A DNA stretch of 64,000 nucleotides from an uncultured Rhodospirillaceae bacterium (GCA_913043025.1 CAJWLM010000008.1:39306-103305), one strand, 5' to 3'; counted from the first letter of the stretch, positions 1 through 10,218 are shown. The notes: generated by a model from the letters alone, not told the origin. Made by a program: numbers and translations.

Positions 1-1287
1 TAACGCCACAAATATTTCACCGTCAGGACCATACCATGCTGGAATTTGATGTCCCCACCATAACTGTCGTGAAATACACCAAGGCTGAATGTTCCTCATC
101 CATTCAAAATATGTCTTTGACCAATTTTCCGGTACAAATTTGGTATCACCGTTCTCAACAGCCTTGATCGCAGGCTTTGCGAGCTCCTTTGCATTAACAA
201 ACCATTGGTCCGTCAAATACGGCTCTATAGGCACGCCGCCCCGATCACCATAAGGAACCATATGAATGTGATCTTCTATCTTCTCAAGGAGCCCTTCAGC
301 CTTGATGTCCGATATGATTTTTTCTCTAGCTTCGAATCTATCAAGGCCACGGTAACGTTCAGGTGCCTTATCATTAATCCGACCCCTTACATCGAGCACA
401 TTAATCATGTCGAGCCCATGCCGGCGACCAACCTCAAAATCATTGAAGTCGTGCGCAGGAGTGATCTTTACAGCACCGGAGCCTTGTTCAGGGTCTGCAT
501 ATTCGTCTGCGACAATTTCTATGCGTCTTCCAACTAGAGGCAACAAGCAGTATCTACCGATTATACCTTTATATCGCTTATCGTCTGGATGCACTGCAAC
601 AGCTGTATCCCCCAGCATCGTCTCTGGCCTAGTCGTCGCAACGGTAATGAACTTTTGATTAATGCCTTCAATCGGATAACGAAAATACCACAGGTTTCCG
701 TTGGTTTCCGTCTGCACGACCTCAAGGTCGGAGATCGCAGTTTCTAATTTTGGATCCCAATTAACCAACCGTTTATCGCGATAAATTAATCCTTTAGAAT
801 AAAGTTTAACGAAAACCTCTACAACCGCTTTGCTTAGCCCCTCATCCATCGTGAACCGCTCGCGATTCCAATCACAGGAAGCACCTAATCGGCGTAATTG
901 CTTTGTAATGGTACCACCGGACTGTTCTTTCCATTCCCAAATGCGACTGAGAAAATTTTCTCGTCCCATTTCACGGCGACTTTCTCCATTCTCAGATAAT
1001 TGCCGTTCAACAACCATCTGCGTCGCAATGCCAGCATGGTCCATCCCGGGCTGCCAAAGCGCATCTTTACCAACTAAACGAGCGTGACGTATTAGAATAT
1101 CTTGAAGGGTGTTGTTGAGTGCATGTCCCATATGAAGGCTGCCCGTGACATTAGGCGGCGGAATAACAATCGTGTAGGGATCAGCATGGGGTGATCGACC
1201 CGACGCAAAAGCACCACTTCTCTCCCACTCAGCATAAAGCCTTGGTTCAACCTCATTTGGTTGATAAAATTTTTCAAGATTACTCAT
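1..1287 (-). CDS. valS: Valyl-tRNA synthetase, N-terminal 429 codons (3' part lies beyond the window edge)
   Basis: Absent from the ORF track because no stop codon lies in the window. My translation of the minus strand from the ATG at complement 1285-1287 reads [86 protein letters not shown].. This shows the class-I HIGH-type motif and a typical ValRS N-terminus. The frame stays open to nt 1. Confidence 0.9.
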   Translation of the reverse strand, partial: MSNLEKFYQPNEVEPRLYAEWERSGAFASGRSPHADPYTIVIPPPNVTGSLHMGHALNNTLQDILIRHARLVGKDALWQPGMDHAGIATQMVVERQLSENGESRREMGRENFLSRIWEWKEQSGGTITKQLRRLGASCDWNRERFTMDEGLSKAVVEVFVKLYSKGLIYRDKRLVNWDPKLETAISDLEVVQTETNGNLWYFRYPIEGINQKFITVATTRPETMLGDTAVAVHPDDKRYKGIIGRYCLLPLVGRRIEIVADEYADPEQGSGAVKITPAHDFNDFEVGRRHGLDMINVLDVRGRINDKAPERYRGLDRFEAREKIISDIKAEGLLEKIEDHIHMVPYGDRGGVPIEPYLTDQWFVNAKELAKPAIKAVENGDTKFVPENWSKTYFEWMRNIQPWCISRQLWWGHQIPAWYGPDGEIFVAL

Positions 1288-1341
1288 GAATGCCTAGTTA
1301 AGGGACAGCCCACAGACAATGATCCCGCATTTAAGAGAGAT

Positions 1342-1920
1342 TTACTTTTGTTCTGCTTGGTCCGCCATTCGTTGTATTTCCTTTTGCACCAAACGTTCGA
1401 CCATATCTGGGAGGTTGGCGTCAACCCATTCTCTCAACATTGGTCGAAGAAGGTCTTCCGCTAATTGCTCAACGGTAGACCCAGGCCGATGCTCGCGTAT
1501 TGCTGCAGATAGACTAGTTAATGAGTTAGTCATTTTTGCTCGTTGAGGTTCCCCAACCAACGCATCAGCTTTTTTTTCTGGTGGTTTAGGTGGTGGAGGT
1601 GGTGGCGGAGGTGGTGGCGGAGGTGGTGCTGCATCAATTTCAGCAGCAATATCAGATTTTTCCGGCTGCTTCTCGAGGCCATCGTCCTGACTGGAAACAT
1701 CTTCTTTCACTTCATCTACCAGCTCAATTTCCTTTTCATCATCATCTTTATCAGGAACCTCTTCCTGCAAGACAAGCTCATTATCATCACCCTCAACCGT
1801 GTCAGGGGGTACACCTTTCATATCTGATTTCTCGCCATCATCATCCTCAGAAATTATCTTTCGGATAGATGCCAAAATTTCATCCATTGAAGGTCCTTGC
1901 TGTCCACCACCTTCACTCAT
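1342..1920 (-). CDS. popZ: PopZ-like polar organizing protein (DUF2497 family), acidic with a poly-proline linker
   Basis: 192 aa. The N-terminus MDEILASIRKIISEDD matches the PopZ/DUF2497 signature (MEEILASIRRIISED). The C-terminus LAEDLLRPMLREWVDANLPDMVERLVQKEIQRM matches the conserved DUF2497 C-terminal helix region. The position between valS and tolC is as in other alphaproteobacteria. Confidence 0.7.
   Translation of the reverse strand: MSEGGGQQGPSMDEILASIRKIISEDDDGEKSDMKGVPPDTVEGDDNELVLQEEVPDKDDDEKEIELVDEVKEDVSSQDDGLEKQPEKSDIAAEIDAAPPPPPPPPPPPPPKPPEKKADALVGEPQRAKMTNSLTSLSAAIREHRPGSTVEQLAEDLLRPMLREWVDANLPDMVERLVQKEIQRMADQAEQK
1588..1626 (-). repeat. Simple triplet repeat (plus strand NGG x13) encoding 13 consecutive prolines inside the popZ-like gene
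   Basis: Plus strand reads agg tgg tgg agg tgg tgg cgg agg tgg tgg cgg agg tgg. Every codon in the gene frame is CCN on the minus strand. Confidence 0.9.
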
Positions 1921-1983
1921 CGTTAAATACTTTCTCTATAAACCCCTTCAGATCCATAACAGTCACTTTTGTTTTAAAAGTTC

Positions 1984-3405
1984 TCAGGGTTTCTTTACCT
2001 TATTGGACAAATTAGATGAACTAATATCATCACCAAGCCCAAATATTTTCCACTGTACCGCCTTGTTGTGCACATTCGTATCATAATAACCACTTGGAAG
2101 CTTCAAAGCTGGACCGGTTAATCGACCGGTTGCACTCATAACATCGAACCTCGCAACTACTTCATCGCGTTCTGCTCTTACCAAATCAACTTTAGCGTCT
2201 AACAGCTCTTGTTCTGCATCCAAAACATTAAGAACAGTACGTGATCCCACTAATGCTTCCTGTTGAACACCCTCCAGAGCGATCTGCGCAGCACGCACTT
2301 CAGACTTTAGTGAGTCAATTCGGGCACGCGCCGTCGATAATGCTTCCCAGCCACTCGTAGCCTCCTCTACCGCCTGTCGTCTGGCCTCTTCAATTTGCAT
2401 TCTAGACTGAGCATGTAATTGCTTAGCCTCACGTACTCTACTGAAAACTGCCCCCTGTTGGTATATTGGAACCGTCAGTTGCGCCCTCAATTCATAATCT
2501 GTGTTATCTCGGTTAAGTACCGATTGATTACGACCCTTCGTTGCTTGACCTATCAAATCTAAGCTTGGAAGTAATTCCCCCGTAATTTCGCTAGTGTTGT
2601 GACGGGCTGCAGACTCTTCAAATTTCGCAGCCAAAACAATCGGGCTGTTTTCCATGGCAAGCCTGATTGCGTCCTTTCCATCGCTGGGCAATTCAAGAGC
2701 AGGATCCGGCTTATTCAAATCTGTTGCCTTTACGCCTACAATTTTCTCAAACACACCGCGGCTGGTTTTAAGATTTCCTTCGGCTTGAATACGATCCGCT
2801 TGCGCGCCTGACAAACGTGCCTCAGCCTGAGCAACATCAGTTCGCGTAACTTCTCCAACATTAAATCGATCTTGAGTCGCCTCTAATTGCCGAGCCAAAA
2901 CTTTTTCATTATTCAATGTGAGCTTCAAAACCGCGCCATCACGGAAGACGTCCATGTAAGCAGTTACCGCATTTAAAAGAACAGACTGTTCGGTCGATAC
3001 CAGCCTTGCTCGCTCAGCACGAACCTTGCTGTCTGCCTCTTCAGTAGCTGATAATGTTTGTCCGCCCTGAAAAATGTTCTGCGTAACGGTAACCTGCGCC
3101 TGATATCCACTGCGCCTGTTGATTTCGTTATTGTCGTTATTTCGTCTATTCCAAAACGTATTACTCCGAACCGAACCTTCTATTTCCGGACGCCAACCCG
3201 ACAATGCTTGGCTGACTTGCTCATCTGTTGCACGCACTAAAGCGCGCTGTGCAAGCAATGTTGGATTATTTTGATATGATAAAACCAACGCCTCTTCTAA
3301 GGTCATCGCATTAGCTGTCTGTAAAGCGCATAGACCACTTGCTGTAATCCATAAACCATACAAAACCATAAGGATTTTAAATTTTTTAAAAGTTTGTGCC
3401 ACCAA
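1984..3405 (-). CDS. tolC: TolC-family outer membrane efflux/type I secretion channel
   Basis: 473 aa. Signal peptide ends ..LCALQTANA. The start of the mature protein, MTLEEALVLSYQNNPTLLAQRA, is typical of the alphaproteobacterial TolC/OEP family. The protein has a two-repeat coiled-coil-rich composition. The start codon is TTG, so the exact start is uncertain. Confidence 0.85.
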   Translation of the reverse strand: MVAQTFKKFKILMVLYGLWITASGLCALQTANAMTLEEALVLSYQNNPTLLAQRALVRATDEQVSQALSGWRPEIEGSVRSNTFWNRRNNDNNEINRRSGYQAQVTVTQNIFQGGQTLSATEEADSKVRAERARLVSTEQSVLLNAVTAYMDVFRDGAVLKLTLNNEKVLARQLEATQDRFNVGEVTRTDVAQAEARLSGAQADRIQAEGNLKTSRGVFEKIVGVKATDLNKPDPALELPSDGKDAIRLAMENSPIVLAAKFEESAARHNTSEITGELLPSLDLIGQATKGRNQSVLNRDNTDYELRAQLTVPIYQQGAVFSRVREAKQLHAQSRMQIEEARRQAVEEATSGWEALSTARARIDSLKSEVRAAQIALEGVQQEALVGSRTVLNVLDAEQELLDAKVDLVRAERDEVVARFDVMSATGRLTGPALKLPSGYYDTNVHNKAVQWKIFGLGDDISSSNLSNKVKKP

Positions 3406-3598
3406 TGAAAACTCTCTCTAGGCTTTACGAATGATTACCCACTACTCCAGCCTTCAAAAAAGCGTTTGCAAAAATTACTTTGAATTGCCGAATTTTCCTC
3501 TTCCGAATATACAAACGCCAACCAAACCATAACGGCACAAAAGTAATTACGTCATCAATAACGTAATAACACCACAAAATCTAGTGCTTTGTTATCTA

Positions 3599-4249
3599 CT
3601 AGAACACAAAGTTTTGTGGCATCTCGAAATTAGGGAGTACAGGCGCTTTTGCATCAAATAAAACGCGGCCGGATCGAGCAGCACCACTCTTTAAAAACCG
3701 AGTCACCCTGCCCACGCCATTTTCTTGGATTATAGCCGTTAGCCTTCCTCCATCAGCCATCTGATCCAAAATGCCGTCGGGCAGTACTTCTATAGCGCCG
3801 TCAATAAAAATGGCATCGTATGGCGCTTCTTTGCCCCAACCCTTTTCCAGGGGCCCCGTCACAGATATAACGTTGTCGAGGCCAAGCTGATTACAAACAC
3901 TTGTGGTTTTTAAATTTAGATCTTGCTCGTCATGTAGCGCAAACACGACACGAGCCAAGCGCCCCATGACTGCTGCGGTGTAGCCGCTAGCCCTCCCAAT
4001 AGCGAGACATACATCCCCCTTTTTCAATTCTAAACATTGTAACATTCTCGCTGAAGTCATGGGTGCAAGCATTGATCGACCCTCGCCGATGTTTATCTCT
4101 CCGTCAGAGTAAGCAAAAGCTTGAAGATCGGCGGGCAAGAAAGCCTCCCTCGGAAGGTCTCCCATAGCAGACAATAATGCCGCATCTGTGACCTTATTAG
4201 TGCGCAATTGGCAGTCAACCATGTTCTGCCTTGCTTCGGTTATATCCAT
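3599..4249 (-). CDS. pcm: Protein-L-isoaspartate O-methyltransferase
   Basis: 216 aa. SAM-binding region DVCLAIGRASGYTAAVM and overall PCMT-like layout. The conserved tolC-pcm neighbourhood supports the call. Confidence 0.8.
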   Translation of the reverse strand: MDITEARQNMVDCQLRTNKVTDAALLSAMGDLPREAFLPADLQAFAYSDGEINIGEGRSMLAPMTSARMLQCLELKKGDVCLAIGRASGYTAAVMGRLARVVFALHDEQDLNLKTTSVCNQLGLDNVISVTGPLEKGWGKEAPYDAIFIDGAIEVLPDGILDQMADGGRLTAIIQENGVGRVTRFLKSGAARSGRVLFDAKAPVLPNFEMPQNFVF

Positions 4250-4418
4250 ATTAAGTCCATCCGAATTTTTCCAACTAAACTACAAAAACAGTAATGCTTC
4301 ATCAAACTTAATAATCCCATCTGTCTGTATCAAATCACACATAAAAAATTTATCCGTGCAGCTTCCGCTTGACCTACAGCATTCTCGGATTAGTATCTCG
4401 CCCCTGCACTGTATGAAT

Positions 4419-4492
4419 GGTCCGGTGGCAGAGTGGTTATGCAGCGGATTGCAAATCCGTGTACGGGGGTTCGATTCCCTCCCGGACCTCCA
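4419..4492 (+). tRNA. tRNA-Cys (GCA)
   Basis: GGTCCGG acceptor stem pairs with CCGGACC. Anticodon loop is ..GGATTGCAAATCC.. A GTTCGATTC T-loop and an encoded CCA end are present. Length 74 nt. Confidence 0.93.
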
Positions 4493-4681
4493 TGTTCAAG
4501 GCATCCCCATAATAAATCCAAATCGTCCCATTCATTAACATGATTAATTGCCGAAACCTTACAAAGAATTATTCTCAGATGTTTGTATAAAATATTATAT
4601 CATAGCTATTCGGCTTGCCTGTGATCAACGCCATTGCTATAAGCCAGCGGCAGAAAAGTTATAGTTGGTCATTCACTTTGA

Positions 4682-4757
4682 TCCGCGGTAGCTCAGTTGG
4701 TAGAGCAGGCGGCTGTTAACCGCCTTGTCGCAGGTTCGAGTCCTGCCCGCGGAGCCA
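4682..4757 (+). tRNA. tRNA-Asn (GTT)
   Basis: TCCGCGG acceptor stem pairs with CCGCGGA. D-arm is TAGCTCAGTTGGTAGAGC. Anticodon loop is GGCTGTTAACCGCC. A GGTTCGAGTCC T-arm and an encoded CCA are present. Length 76 nt. Confidence 0.95.
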
Positions 4758-4767
4758 ATAAAATCAA

Positions 4768-4809
4768 GGGTTTAGAGGAAAATAAAAACAAACCTCTAAG
4801 CCCTTTTTT
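4768..4809 (+). terminator. Rho-independent terminator candidate after tRNA-Asn (possibly bidirectional)
   Basis: gggtttagagg (4768-4778) pairs with cctctaagccc (4793-4803), giving 11 bp with one G-U. The loop is 14 nt and A-rich. A TTTTTT run follows at 4804-4809. Confidence 0.55.
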
Positions 4810-5095
4810 AATTTTCCGGGCAGAATTCGGGCACTTTGAGAGAACCGTTAGACGACCTTTCAAGCCATTCCCTGGCGCTTTCGCCCACCTGTCGCTGCTC
4901 AAGATACTTCTCTCGGAGTGAATTTATGGCGGGGTAATACAGATCGACGGCGTCTTTTTCCCAATCATGAATCAAGGTAATTTGACACGACCTAGTAACC
5001 GCACTGATGAGCTGAACACAGCGATTCTTGGTTCGAATTGTATTTAACCTTTTACTCGACTGACGATTAGCAGCGTCTCGTCTTGCGTCATTCCG
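4808..5095 (-). pseudogene. Start-less open frame (possible gene remnant) abutting tRNA-Asn
   Basis: My translation of the minus strand gives 95 sense codons between an upstream TGA (complement 5096-5098) and a TAA (complement 4808-4810): ..RLNTIRTKNRCVQLISAVTRSCQITLIHDWEKDAVDLYYPAINSLREKYLEQRQVGESAREWLERSSNGSLKVPEFCPEN. There is no in-frame ATG or GTG, only a TTG at 4975 (55 codons). I recognise no family. Confidence 0.2.
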
Positions 5096-5212
5096 TCACG
5101 TTTTACCTAAATCTCTGCAATCCGCCCGTTCGCTTGTGAACCAAATTTACAGAGACGACGTTATTATATTTGAAACAATCAAATTCAACTTATTTTAAGA
5201 AAGTAGTTAAAA

Positions 5213-5698
5213 ATGAAAAAGTTTGGTCGGTTAAACTTCTTTGCTGTGGTGATGATATTTATAGCACCTGTCGCCATTGCTGGTGGCCACAAAAAAGATA
5301 TTGTGGATACTGCTGCGTCTAACAAACAGTTCTCCACGCTTGTCGCAGCAGTAAAAGCTGCTGGTCTCGTTGATACTCTCAAATCGAGCGGTCCTTTTAC
5401 CGTTTTTGCGCCAACAAATGAAGCTTTTGCGGCGCTACCAAAAGGTACGTTGGAGAGTTTGCTCAAGCCCGAGAACAAGACCAAACTGGCAGCTATCCTT
5501 AAGCATCACGTTGTGAGCGGAAAAGTGTTGGCATCTGACGTTACCGGGAAGAAACTATCCCAAGCCACGGTAAACGGGACCAAAATCGACATTGATGGTA
5601 CTTCAGGAGTCACAGTTAGTGGCGCGAAAGTGATTTCTGCAGATCTAGGTACTACCAACGGCGTGATCCACGTTATTGATAAGGTTCTACTCCCATAA
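5213..5698 (+). CDS. Secreted fasciclin (FAS1) domain protein
   Basis: 161 aa. Signal peptide is [26 protein letters not shown]1 motifs are present: [15 protein letters not shown] and [13 protein letters not shown]. Confidence 0.9.
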   Translation: MKKFGRLNFFAVVMIFIAPVAIAGGHKKDIVDTAASNKQFSTLVAAVKAAGLVDTLKSSGPFTVFAPTNEAFAALPKGTLESLLKPENKTKLAAILKHHVVSGKVLASDVTGKKLSQATVNGTKIDIDGTSGVTVSGAKVISADLGTTNGVIHVIDKVLLP

Positions 5699-5725
5699 GT
5701 CGGTGTTACGTCTACTGAGCTAAGC

Positions 5726-5757
5726 AACGGGGGCCTGGTAACACTCCGGCCCTCGTT
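5726..5757 (+). terminator. Hairpin downstream of the fasciclin gene (terminator candidate, no clear T-tract)
   Basis: aacgggggcc (5726-5735) pairs with ggccctcgtt (5748-5757), giving 10 bp with one G-U. The loop is 12 nt. Confidence 0.35.
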
Positions 5758-6182
5758 AGAGCTTTCCAATATTTATGCTTTTATGTGCCTAATTTTTCAG
5801 AATGACGTCCGCGCCGGATCCCATAAAAGCGTAAAGGCTTGTGAAGAAACACTTTGGTTATCAAAAAAGCTTCTTAGCAATCCGGAATGTGCATGGGATA
5901 GTTTTAAAAGACATTCTACACCATGCCACACCGCGGATCCTTTTCGGTTTCAAGCTGTTTCCGGGTGGGCGCGATCAATTGTTGGGATTGACTATAAAAA
6001 GCCAAAGCAAAAACTAACTGTCTACTCTATTGCTCGAGCATGGCGTCGAGCCTGGCTTGTTAACCGTTCTAAGCGAGAAGATACGATCTCAAAAGCTTCG
6101 ATCACTTGGACCCGCGACATTGCAAGCGACTCTGTATGTTGAGACCGATAATTCGCAGATACCTCTCGAACTTGGTTAAGAT

Positions 6183-6383
6183 CTAATTCAGCTCTTCGAG
6201 TTTATATTTTTCACGCAATACTTCGATGAATTCATGCGGTGGAATACGGTTCTTTGAGCCAATCTCGATTAGGAAAAAATCCTCAGTGCTTTTTTGTGCT
6301 AGGCACCTGCTGCGCACTTCAGCAAACCCAGCTAGTATTTTACTTTTTCTTATCGACTTTGGGGCCAGTGCAAGTTTCTTCAC
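6183..6383 (-). CDS. Hypothetical small protein (66 aa), doubtful
   Basis: ORF-track ORF whose 5' end overlaps the 3' end of the MFS gene by 44 nt. No recognisable motif. Confidence 0.2.
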   Translation of the reverse strand: MKKLALAPKSIRKSKILAGFAEVRSRCLAQKSTEDFFLIEIGSKNRIPPHEFIEVLREKYKLEELN

Positions 6384-7584
6384 CTGCTAAAAATCCGAAA
6401 TGCCGAATTTGGACTGCCACAACCAAGCAAGCACCGATAAATAAAACCGCAATTACGGTAAAACTCTCCTCTATTCCCCACCACTCCGCCATAAACCCCA
6501 TTCCAATCGGCACAATAATATTTGAAAAGCGGTTTACAGTATTGCGGAGTCCTACTGCTGCACCTTGCTGATTTTCATGAATAGCACGAGATAAAATTGA
6601 AAAAATAAGCGGCTGATTTACGCCCTGAGCAAAACCACGCAAAGCAGTAGCTATAATAAGCAATGACATAAACCCGGCAATCAGAGGTGTCAGACAAATG
6701 AGCAATATCGCACTCGCGACAAACAAAATTACTATCCAATATACTTTCCCACGAGCGGCAAACCAGCCTGCAGTAAGGCCACCAATGCCTACGAATACTT
6801 CTGATAGCCCCGTTAAAAAACCAATTGTTGTTCCCGAAATCCCATTTTGATGAAGGTAAACGACAAAAAATGAAGCTTGGATAGCACCCGGACAATTTCG
6901 GAATGCCGTTAAAAGCAAAACGAAAATAATGGATGGAATAGCGGCTAACGAAAGGGCAGTAGCGTATTCACTTCGACGCGGCAGAAGATCTGAGCAATAT
7001 ATTTTGCCTCCTTCTTTTGTTTTCGTCTCCGACGGAAGAAATAAAACCGAAACAACAGTAAGCACCCCCCACAAACTGATAATAATAAAGGTAGGTTCAT
7101 TTCCAAAATTATGCCAAATAAGGCCAATAATAAAAGGACCAAAAAAATTACCAAGCCGGGTCACAAAGCTGTATTTTCCGAGTATTGCAGAATCGCCTTT
7201 CGACAATTGGTTTATGACCGTCTGCCCGCTGGCCATTGCAAGGGTAATGATCAAGCCACTCAGCAATTGTAACACCACCAAACCCCAGAACCATCCAGTA
7301 AATGGGTAAAACAATGGCAATGCCGCTGCTGCGAGACCTACCCAAAACCCAACGAATGGGACACCCAAACGGTCCATTAAAATACCGCCATGAATTGAAA
7401 AAAGTACGGGCAACGCGGAGCGAGCTGCCACCACTAAACCAATTTCACTAAGGTTGAGGCCCACGAATACTGAGAAAAGCGGGATGATTATCCCCATCAT
7501 ATCCCACTGGCCGCCAGAAAATAGACCCAACGAATATGTAGCGTAAAGCCTGTGTGTGTTAGTTGGTGAGATTTGTTGTCCCAT
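6340..7584 (-). CDS. MFS-type transporter
   Basis: 414 aa, very hydrophobic, about 12 predicted helices in a two-halves arrangement typical of the major facilitator superfamily. Confidence 0.75.
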   Translation of the reverse strand: MGQQISPTNTHRLYATYSLGLFSGGQWDMMGIIIPLFSVFVGLNLSEIGLVVAARSALPVLFSIHGGILMDRLGVPFVGFWVGLAAAALPLFYPFTGWFWGLVVLQLLSGLIITLAMASGQTVINQLSKGDSAILGKYSFVTRLGNFFGPFIIGLIWHNFGNEPTFIIISLWGVLTVVSVLFLPSETKTKEGGKIYCSDLLPRRSEYATALSLAAIPSIIFVLLLTAFRNCPGAIQASFFVVYLHQNGISGTTIGFLTGLSEVFVGIGGLTAGWFAARGKVYWIVILFVASAILLICLTPLIAGFMSLLIIATALRGFAQGVNQPLIFSILSRAIHENQQGAAVGLRNTVNRFSNIIVPIGMGFMAEWWGIEESFTVIAVLFIGACLVVAVQIRHFGFLAGEETCTGPKVDKKK

Positions 7585-7903
7585 TACTAATTTACACTAC
7601 ATTCGTTGGTTTGCCAAAACGCTATACAGGTAAATGGGTATATTGTGACAAATCCTTTTCTCAAAATGCAAAAAAATGCCAAGATTAATTTATACTACGA
7701 GGATCCAAACATCAGAAATAAGCGCTATACAGAATCATTTTCTGAAATTTCAGTGCTGTTTATGATTTTGGATCGCTCTATCGCGGAGTATCTAGTTTCG
7801 AAATATTGAGTAACATTATTTTTTTAATACCGATGAGCTGAAAAAGAAAACCCGAATTAATCTGCCCCTTGACTAATGTGTGCCCTAAAACCAAGTCTCA
7901 GTC

Positions 7904-8533
7904 ATGGATTACACTGTCCCCTCAGAAGCATTTAAGCGCATAGATGAGTCAGATGATGAAATTTTCTATAGGGAACCAAGACTGGTAAAGCACATCGATG
8001 AAGCAGCCTGTACAGCATTAACTAGTTATTTGAGTACAGTACTACTTCCAAACAGCCAAGTTCTCGATTTAATGGCGAGTTGTGCGTCTCACTTACCTGA
8101 AGAAATAAGTTACGGAGGTGTGACAGGTCTTGGAATGAATCAAACTGAGTTAAACAACAATCCTCAACTTTCAAGCAGTGTTGTTCAAAACCTCGCTATC
8201 AATACAAAATTGCCTTTCGATGACTGCTTCTTCAACATTTGTTTGATAACAGTCTCTGTGCAATATCTTATATACCCTATTGCAATTTTTAATGAGATTG
8301 CGCGCGTACTAATCCCAGGCAGTCCATGCATCGTCGCCTTTTCGAATCGCTGCTTCCCGACTAAGGCTGTCGCTATTTGGCACCAACTCACAAATACAGG
8401 ACACGCCAAACTCGTTGGTCAATATTTTGATGCTACTCAAAAATTTGAGCCTTACACGGTTCGAGATATTTCGCCAATCGGAGGCCAGGGCGATCCGTTG
8501 TTCGTAGTTAGCGCAAAAACACAGCCAGTCTAA
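7904..8533 (+). CDS. Class I SAM-dependent methyltransferase-like protein
   Basis: 209 aa. Motif-I-like VLDLMASCASHL and post-motif ARVLIPGSPCIVAFSN resemble Methyltransf_11-type proteins. Confidence 0.55.
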   Translation: MDYTVPSEAFKRIDESDDEIFYREPRLVKHIDEAACTALTSYLSTVLLPNSQVLDLMASCASHLPEEISYGGVTGLGMNQTELNNNPQLSSSVVQNLAINTKLPFDDCFFNICLITVSVQYLIYPIAIFNEIARVLIPGSPCIVAFSNRCFPTKAVAIWHQLTNTGHAKLVGQYFDATQKFEPYTVRDISPIGGQGDPLFVVSAKTQPV

Positions 8534-8695
8534 AATATCACCATCAGGTAGAATGTATTCTGTAAACCTGCTAATTGGTTTATCGGTATAGATATTTTAC
8601 TCGTTATTATTTTTTCGCAGCGGGGAGAATATGCTGAAAACAATACGTATACAGGAGTATCTCGTTGCAAATAGCCAACGCCGTGAGGGAAGAAT

Positions 8696-10108
8696 ATGAG
8701 CAATGATAATTTTGATTTGATCGTGATCGGATCTGGACCCGGCGGAGAAAAGGGTGCTGCTCAAGCTGCATACTTTGGTAAAAGTGTTGCCATTATTGAA
8801 AGAGAGGGTGTTCCGGGCGGAGCTGCCGCGAACACGGGAACACTCCCTTCCAAAACACTACGCGAGTCAGCCCTCTACTTGTCTGGCTTTCGGCAAAGAG
8901 AACTTCATGGCGTAGACACTCAACTCAAAAGGACAGTTACAGCTCGAGATTTTCTTTTTCATGAACGTTTTGTGGTCCAAAGCGAACATCAACGGATAAG
9001 CGAAAACATTGACAAACATGGCATAACATATTTTGAAGGAAACGCCTCATTTGTCGATGAACATACCGTAAGCATCAAGTCATCAAAAAAAGATGATATT
9101 TCTGTTACGGGCGATGTAATCCTTATCGCCACTGGCTCCAGCCCGTATCACCCCCCAGCATTTCCGTTCGATGATCCACGCGTATATGACTCTGACACCA
9201 TACTTGGTCTGGACACACTTCCTTCTACTATGTTGATAGCGGGGGGTGGCGTGATTGGATGCGAGTACGCGTGCATGTTTTCCGCTCTTGGCATTGATGT
9301 TTCCCTAGTTGAGGGACGCGAGCGATTATTAAGTTTTATGGACTCTGAAATTGCTGACACACTAACCAATTGTATGCGTAACATGGGCATCGATCTATGC
9401 ATGCCAGAAGAAATTGAAAGCGTAGAAGCAGGGGGAGAACTAACGGTTAACCTCAAAACGGGGCGCTCTATAAAAGTGGATGCGCTTCTGGCAGCTACTG
9501 GCCGTAACGGCAATACAGGTGGTCTAGGTCTAGAAAATATAAAATTAAAGACTGAGTCCCGAGGGCAATTGAGAGTAAATAACACTTATCAAACTGCTTT
9601 GCCTAACATCTATGCGGTGGGTGACGTAATTGGTTTTCCAGCATTAGCATCAACATCAATGGAACAAGCGCGTGTAGCCATGGTTCACGCTTTTGATCTA
9701 GAATATAAAACTGAACTAGCCAATATTCTGCCCTACGGAATTTACACTATTCCTGAATGTTCGATGGCAGGCTCCTCAGAAGAGGAACTTAAAAGAGATA
9801 ACATCGCATACGTTACAGGTCGCGCAACATATCAGAACAATGCACGGGGACAAATTATTGGCGACCAAGACGGCTTCTTAAAATTACTGTTCCGAGAAGA
9901 AGACATGAAGCTGTTGGGCGTGCACGCAATAGGTGAAACGGCCAGTGAGTTAGTTCATGTAGGCTTAACAGCCCTTTTGGTCGGAGCAGGCGCCGAGTTA
10001 TTCATACAAACTTGCTATAATTATCCCACCCTCAGCGAGATGTATAAATACGCGACATATGATGCTCTTGGGAAACGTGATAAAAGTAAAAAATTGGCGG
10101 CAGCGTAG
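8696..10108 (+). CDS. sthA: Soluble pyridine nucleotide transhydrogenase (Si-specific NAD(P)+ transhydrogenase)
   Basis: 470 aa. FAD motif is DLIVIGSGPGGEKGA. The second dinucleotide fold is IAGGGVIGCEYACMF. The C-terminal YNYPTLSEMYKYATYDAL is typical of SthA rather than lipoamide dehydrogenase, and there is no redox CxxxxC. Confidence 0.8.
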   Translation: MSNDNFDLIVIGSGPGGEKGAAQAAYFGKSVAIIEREGVPGGAAANTGTLPSKTLRESALYLSGFRQRELHGVDTQLKRTVTARDFLFHERFVVQSEHQRISENIDKHGITYFEGNASFVDEHTVSIKSSKKDDISVTGDVILIATGSSPYHPPAFPFDDPRVYDSDTILGLDTLPSTMLIAGGGVIGCEYACMFSALGIDVSLVEGRERLLSFMDSEIADTLTNCMRNMGIDLCMPEEIESVEAGGELTVNLKTGRSIKVDALLAATGRNGNTGGLGLENIKLKTESRGQLRVNNTYQTALPNIYAVGDVIGFPALASTSMEQARVAMVHAFDLEYKTELANILPYGIYTIPECSMAGSSEEELKRDNIAYVTGRATYQNNARGQIIGDQDGFLKLLFREEDMKLLGVHAIGETASELVHVGLTALLVGAGAELFIQTCYNYPTLSEMYKYATYDALGKRDKSKKLAAA

Positions 10109-10218
10109 CTGCTCCTATTTTCAGTCTCTTTAGATCACGAAAGAAAGTTTAGTCGTTTGGAGGAACGCAACTGTCTGGGCGCTGAGAAGCAAAATCTTTA
10201 GATATTTTATTATTGCAA

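Noticed and set aside
1543-1868. Two + strand ORFs (94 and 92 aa) rich in W/R (..WWFRWWRWWRRWWRRW..) and V/E/A repeats
   Set aside because: They are the antisense and shifted-frame readout of the popZ-like gene's poly-proline and acidic region. This is a composition artefact. The minus-strand frame carries the conserved PopZ motifs.
5783-6142. 119-aa + strand ORF downstream of the fasciclin gene
   Set aside because: It has an implausible composition (rich in W, C and R), no motif and no RBS. I also translated the minus strand here and found only short, stop-interrupted frames. I treat the region as non-coding or decayed.
9148-9585. 145-aa minus-strand ORF inside sthA. Similar long antisense ORFs occur inside other genes (28211-28600 in metC, 47936-48376 in the 521-aa gene, 57871-58272 in mrpD, 6575-7309 in the MFS gene, 14020-14445 across the capA end)
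   Set aside because: All lie fully within, or overlap, strongly supported genes on the opposite strand. They have skewed compositions (S/R/P-rich) typical of antisense frames.
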